NCBI GenBank assembly: GCA_964016885.1
Contig: OZ024742.1
Coordinates: 370,326,001-370,390,000 of the forward strand
DNA: 64,000 bases
Reading direction: 5' to 3'
From: Eledone cirrhosa
Taxonomy: Eukaryota
The position numbers and the translations under genes were made by a program. The notes below the pieces were generated by a model. It was given only the letters and a program-made list of their open reading frames with translations, did no database searches and was not told the DNA's origin. Of this stretch, positions 57,201 to 64,000 are shown in pieces. The first letter of the stretch is position 1, and every line of letters starts with the position of its first letter.

Positions 57201-60200
57201 ACATTACAGTGTGGTCTGGGTGCCTTTTGTCATGGCACCAAAACGACCACTTTACAGTATGGACTGGGTGCCTTTTGTCATGACACCAAAACGAACACAT
57301 TACAGTGTGGACTGGGTGCCTTTTGTCATGGTACCAAAACGACCACTTTACAGTGTGGACTGGCTGCCTTTTGTCATGGCACCAAAACGACCACTTTACA
57401 GTATGGACTGGGCGCCTTTTGTCATGACACCAAAACGAACACTTTACAGTGTGGACTGGGTGCCTTTTGTCATGGCACCAAAACGACCACTTTACAGTGT
57501 GGACTGGGTGCCTTTTGTCATGGCACCAAAACGACTACTTTACAGTGTGGTCTGTGTGCCTTTTGTCATGACACCAAAACGACTAATTTACAGTGTGGTC
57601 TGTGTGCCTTTTGTCATGACACCAAAACGACTACTTTACAGTGTGGACTGGGTGCCTTTTGTCATGGCACCAAAACGACTACTTTACAGTGTGGACTGGG
57701 TGCCTTTTGTCATGGCACCAAAACGACCACTTTACAGTGTGGACTGGGTGCCTTTTGTCATGGCACCAAAACGACCACTTTACAGTGTGGACTGGGTGCC
57801 TTTTGTCATGGCACCAAAACGACCACTTTACAGTGTGGACTGGGTACCGTTTGTCATGGCACCAAAACGACCACTTTACAGTGTGGACTGGGTGCCTTTT
57901 GTCATGGCACCAAATCGACCACTTTACAGTGTGGACTGGGTGCCTTTTGTAATGGCACCAAAACGACCACTTTACAGTGTGGACTGGGTGCCTTTTGTCA
58001 TGGCACCAAAACGACCACTTTACAGTGTGGACTGGGTACCGTTTATCATGGCACCAAAACGACCACTTTACAGTGTGGACTGGGTACCGTTTGTCATGGC
58101 ACCAAAACGACCACTTTACAGTGTGGACTGGGTGCCTTTTGTCATGGCACCAAAACGACCACTTTACAGTGTGGACTGGGTGCCTTTTGTAATGGCACCA
58201 AAACGACTACTTTACAGTGTGGACTGGGTGCCTTTTGTCATGGCACCAAAACGACCACTTTACAGTATGGACTGGGTGCCTTTTGTCATGACACCAAAAC
58301 GAACACATTACAGTGTGGACTGGGTGCCTTTTGTCATGGCACCAAAACGACCACTTTACAGTGTGGACTGGGTGCCTTTTGTCATGGCACCAAAACGACT
58401 ACTTTACAGTGTGGACTGGGTGCCTTTTGTCATGGCACCAAAACGACCACTTTACAGTGTGGTCTGGGTGCCTTTTGTCATGGCACCAAAACGACCACTT
58501 TACAGTGTGGACTGGGTGCCTTTTGTCATGGCACCAAAACGACTACTTTACAGTGTGGACTGGGTGCCTTTTGTCATGGCACCAAAACGACCACTTTACA
58601 GTGTGGACTGGGTGCCTTTTGTCATGGCACCAAAACGACTACTTTAGAGTGTGGTCTGTGTGCCTTTTGTCATGACACCAAAACGACTACTTTACAGTGT
58701 GGACTGGGTGCCTTTTGTCATGGCACCAAAACGACTACTTTACAGTGTGGTCTGTGTGCATTTTGTCATGGCACCAAAACGACTACTTTACAGTGTGTAC
58801 TGGGTGCCTTTTATCATGGCACCAAAACGACCACTTTACAGTGTGGACTGGGTGTCTTTTGTCATGGCACCAAAACGACCACGTTACAGTGTGGACTGGG
58901 TGCCTTTTGTCATGGCACCAAAACGACCACTTTACAGTGTGGACTGGGTGCCTTTTGTCATGGCACCAAAACGACCACTTTACAGTGTGGAGTGGGTGCC
59001 TTTTGTCATGGCACCAAAACGACCACTTTACAGTGTGGACTTAGTGCCTTTTGTCATGACACCAAAACGACCACTTTACAGTGTGGACTGGATGCCTTTT
59101 GTCATGGCACCAAAACGACCAATTTACAGTGTGGACTGGGTGCCTTTTGACATGACACCAAAACGACCACTTTACAGTGTGGACTGGGTACATTTTGACA
59201 TGACACCAAAACGACCACTTTACAGTGTGGACTGGGTGCCTTTTGACATGACACCAAAACGACCACTTTACAGTGTGGACTGGGTGCCTTTTGTCATGAC
59301 ACCAAAACGACCACTTTACACTATGGACTGTGTGCCTTTTGTCATGACACCAAAACGACCACTTTACAGTGTGGACTGGTTGCCTTTTGTCATGGCACCA
59401 AAACGACCACTTTACAGTATGGACTGGGTGCCTTTTGTCATGACACCAAAACGAACACATTACAGTGTGGACTGGGTGCCTTTTGTCATGGCACCAAAAC
59501 GACCACTTTACAGTGTGGACTGGGTGCCTTTTGTCATGGCACCAAAACGACCACTTTACAGTGTGGACTGGGTGCCTTTTGTCATGGCACCAAAACGAAC
59601 ACTTTATAGTGTGGACTGCGTGCCTTTTGTCATGGCACCAAAACGACTACTTTACAGTGTGGACTGGGTGCCTTTTGTCATGGCACCAAAACGACCACTT
59701 TACAGTGTCGACTGGGTGTCTTTTGTCATGGCACCAAAACGACCACTTTACAGTGTGGACTGGGTGCCTTTTGTCATGGCACCAAAACGACCACTTTACA
59801 GTATGGACTGGGTGCCTTTTGTCATGACACCAAAACGACCACTTTACAGTGTGGACTGGGTGCCTTTTGTCATGGCACCAAAACGACTACTTTACAGTGT
59901 GGTCTGTGTGCCTTTTGTCATGACACCAAAACGACTACTTTACAGTGTGGACTGGGTGTCTTTTGTCATGGCACCAAAACGACTTCTTTACAGTGTGGTC
60001 TGTGTGCCTTTTGTCATGGCACCAAAATGACTACTTTACAGTGTGGACTGGGTGCCTTTTGTCATGGCACCAAAACGACCACTTTACAGTGTGGACTGGG
60101 TGCCTTTTGTCATGGCACCAAAACGACTACTTTACAGTGTGGTCTGTGTGCCTTTTGTCATGACACCAAAACGACTACTTTACAGTGTGGACTGGGTGTC

Positions 60201-63200
60201 TTTTGTCATGGCACCAAAACGACTTCTTTACAGTGTGGTCTGTGTGCCTTTTGTCATGGCACCAAAATGACTACTTTACAGTGTGGACTGGGTGCCTTTT
60301 GTCATGGCACCAAAACGACCACTTTACAGTGTGGACTGGGTGCCTTTTGTCATGGCACCAAAACGACTACTTTACAGTGTGGTCTGGGTGCCTTTTGTCA
60401 TGGCACCAAAACGACACTTTACAGTGTGGACTGGGTACCGTTTGTCATGGCACCAAAACGACCACTTTACAGTGTGGACTGGGTACCGTTTGTCATGACA
60501 CCAAAACGACCACTTTACAGTGTGGACTGGGTACCGTTTGTCATGGCACCAAAACGATCACTTTACAGTGTGGACTGGGTGCATTTTGTCATGGCACCAA
60601 AACGACCACTTTACAGTGTGGACTGGGTACCGTTTGTCATGGCACCAAAACGACCACTTTACAGTGTGGACTGGGTGCCTTTTGTCATGGCACCAAATCG
60701 ACCACTTTAGAGTGTGGACTGCGTGCCTTTTGTCATGGCACCAAAACGACCACTTTACAGTGTGGACTGGGTGCCTTTTGTCACGGCACCAAAACGAACA
60801 CTTTACAGTGTGGACTGGGTGCCTTTTGTCATGGCACCAAAACGACCACTTTACAGTGTGGACTCGGTGCCTTTTGTCACGGCACCAAAACAAACACTTT
60901 ACAGTGTGGACTGGGTGCCTTTTGTCATGGCACCAAAACGACCACTTTACAGTGTGGACTGGGTGCCTTTTGTCACGGCACCAAAACGAACACTTTACAG
61001 TGTGGACTGGGTGCCTTTTGTCATGGCACCAAAACGACCAGTTTACAGTGTGGACTGGGTGCCTTTTGTCACGGCACCAAAACGAACACTTTACAGTGTG
61101 GATTGGTGCCTTTTGTCATGGCACCAAAACGACCACTTTACAGTGTGGACTGGGTGCCTTTTGTCACGGCACCAAAACGAACACTTTACAGTATGGACTG
61201 GGTGCCTTTTGTCATGGCACCAAAACGACCACTTTACAGTGTGGACTGGGTGCCTTTTGTCACGGCACCAAAACGAACACTTTACAGTGTGAACTGGGTG
61301 CCTTTTGTCATGGCACCAAAACGACCAATTTATAGTGTGGACTGTGTGCCTTTGTCATGGCACCAAAGCGACCACTTTATAGTGTGGGCTGGGTGCTTTT
61401 GTCATGGCACCAAATCCACCACTTTACAATGTGGACTGGGTGCCTTTTGTCATCGCTCCAAAACGACCACACTATAGCGTGTACTAAGTCCCTTTTGCAA
61501 TGGCACCAAAACGACGACTTTACAGTGTGGACTGGGTGCCTTTGTCATGGCACCAAAACGACAACTTTATAGTGTGGTCTGGGTGATTTTGTCATTGTAC
61601 CAAAACTACCACTTTATAGTGTGTACTAAGTGCCTTTTGTCATGGCACCAAATCGACCACTTTACAGTGTGGTCTGAGTGCTTTTTATCATGGCAACAAA
61701 ACGACCACTTTACAGTTTGGGCTGAGTGCCTTTTGTCATGGCACCAAAACGACCACTTTACAGTGTGGACTGAGTGCTTTTTATCATGGCAACAAAACGA
61801 CCACTTTACAGTGTGGTCTGAGGGCTTTTTATCATGGCAACAAAACGACCACTTTACAGTTTGGGCTGAGTGCCTTTTGTCATGGCACCAAAACGACCAC
61901 TTTCCAGTGTGGGCTGCGTGCCTTTTGTCATGGCACCAAATCGACCACTTTACAGTGTGGTCTGGGTGCCTTTTGTCATGGCGCAAATCGACCACTTTAC
62001 AGTGTGGACTGGGTGCCTTTTGTCATGGCACCAGAACGACTACTTTACAGTGTGGACTGGGTGCCTTTTGTCATGGCACCAAAACGACCACTTTACAGTG
62101 TGGACTAGGTGCCTTTTGTCATGGCACCAAAACGACCACTTTACAGTGTGGACTGGGTGCCTTTTGTCATGACACCAAAACGACCACTTTACAGTGTGGA
62201 CTGGGTGCCTTTTGTCATGACACCAAAACGACCACTTTACAGTGTGGACTGGGTGCCTTTTGTCATGGCACCAAAACGACCACTTTACAGTGTGGACTGG
62301 GTGCCTTTTGTCATGGCACCAAAACGACCACTTTACAGTGTGGACTGGGTGCCTTTTGTCATGGCACCAGAACGACCACTTCACAGTGTGGACTGGGTGC
62401 CTTTTGTCATGGCACCAAAACGTCCACTTTACAGTGTGGACTGGGTGCCTTTTGTCATGACACCAAAACGACCACTTTACAGTGTGGACTGGGTGCCTTT
62501 TGTCATGACACCAAAACGGCCACTTTACAGTGTGGACTGGGTGCCTTTTGTCATGGCACCAAAACGACCACGTTACAGTGTGGGCTGGGTGCCTTTTGTC
62601 ATGGCACCAAAACGACCACTTTACAGTGTGGACTGGGTGCCTTTTGTCATGGCACCAAAACGACCACTTTACAGTGTGGACTGGGTGCCTTTTGTCATGA
62701 CACCAAAACAAACACTTTACAGTGTGGACTGGGTGCCTTTTGTCATGGCACCAAAACGACCACTTTACAGTGTGGAGTGGGTGCCTTTTGTCATGGCACC
62801 AAAACGACCACTTAACAGTGTGGACTTAGTGCCTTTTGTCGTGAAACCAAAACGACCACTTTACAGTGTGGACTGGGTGCCTTTTGTCATGGCACCAAAA
62901 CGACCACTTTACAGTGTGGACTGGGTGCCTTTTGACATGACACCAAATCGACCACTTTACAGTGTGGACTGGGTGCCTTTTGACATGACACCAAAACGAC
63001 CACTTTACAGTGTGGACTGGGTGCTTTTTGACATGACACCAAAACGACCACTTTACAGTGTGGACTGTGTGCCTTTTGTCATGACACCAAAACGACCACT
63101 TTACACTATGGACTGTGTGCCTTTTGTCATGACACCAAAACGACCACTTTACACTATGGACTGTGTGCCTTTTGTCATGACACCAAAACGACCACTTTAC

Positions 63201-64000
63201 ACTATGGACTGGGTGCCTTTTGTCATGGCACCAAAACGACCACTTTACAGTGTGGACTGGGTGCCTTTTGTCATGGCACCAAAACGACCACTTTACAGTA
63301 TGGACTGGGTGCCTTTTGTCATGACACCAAAACGAACACATTACAGTGTGGACTGGGTGCCTTTTGTCATGGCACCAAAACGACCACTTTACAGTGTGGA
63401 CTGGGTGCCTTTTGTCATGGCACCAAAACGACCACTTTACAGTGTGGACTGGGTGCCTTTTGTCATGGCACCAAAACGAACACTTTATAGTGTGGACTGC
63501 GTGCCTTTTGTCATGGCACCAAAACGACTACTTTACAGTGTGGACTGGGTGCCTTTTGTCATGGCACCAAAACGACCACTTTACAGTGTGGACTGGGTGC
63601 CTTTTGTCATGGCACCAAAACGACCACTTTACAGTGTGGACTGGGTGCCTTTTGACATGACACCAAAACGACCACTTTACAGTGTGGACTGGGTGCCTTT
63701 TGACATGACACCAAAACGACCACTTTACAGTGTGGACTGGGTACCTTTTGACATGACACCAAAACGACCACTTTACAGTGTGGACTGGGTGCCTTTTGTC
63801 ATGACACCAAAACGACCACTTTACACTATGGACTGTGTGCCTTTTGTCATGACACCAAAACGACCACTTTACACTATGGACTGTGTGCCTTTTGTCATGA
63901 CACCAAAACGACCACTTTACACTATGGACTGGGTGCCTTTTGTCATGGCACCAAAACGACCACTTTACAGTGTGGACTGGGTGCCTTTTGTCATGGCACC
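48214..64000. repeat. 10,600-bp (~221-monomer) higher-order repeat: ~48214-53400 recurs at ~58814-64000
   Basis: Identical ORFs offset by exactly 10600: 48441/59041, 48865/59465, 49585/60185, 50947/61547, 52226/62826, 52746/63346. Confidence 0.9.

Larger units (their letters stand above)
28021..64000. repeat. 48-bp satellite array, ~750 monomers, continues beyond the window (ACCACTTTACAGTGTGGACTGGGTGCCTTTTGTCATGGCACCAAAACG)
   Basis: Head-to-tail 48-bp period (16-aa periodicity in the ORF track). Single orientation; no large non-satellite insertion seen. Confidence 0.99.

Noticed and set aside
28044-64000. Long ORFs with 16-aa repeats (CGLGAFCHGTKTTTLQ; WHQNDHFTVWTGCLLS; VDWVPFVMAPKRPLYS) resembling Cys/His-rich or structural proteins
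   Set aside because: The 48-bp monomer is stop-free in all three + strand frames. Frequent 1-bp indels switch frames with no preferred frame, and there is no unique N- or C-terminus.

Overview
Eukaryotic, AT-rich, repeat-dominated window. The repeat families and very long (TA)n tracts suggest a mollusc, probably an octopus-like cephalopod (inference). From left to right it contains: two 5'-truncated Penelope-like retroelements (PLEs) joined head-to-head through two overlapping perfect palindromes, the + strand one ending in a decayed minimal hammerhead ribozyme; ~6 kb of TA/CATA microsatellite with a ~610-bp island; MITEs and 41-, 60- and 22-bp minisatellites; the first coding exon of a FAM174-like membrane-protein gene on the - strand; RTE-clade LINE remnants, one with a PHD-like finger inside the RT region; and from ~28 kb to the end a >=36-kb array of a 48-bp satellite. 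That satellite visibly grows out of an RTE 3'UTR motif, is more diverged at its edge than in its core, and contains nested higher-order duplications (239, 240, 720, 864, 1769 and 10,600 bp). Nearly all ORFs in the supplied track are artefacts of repeats.
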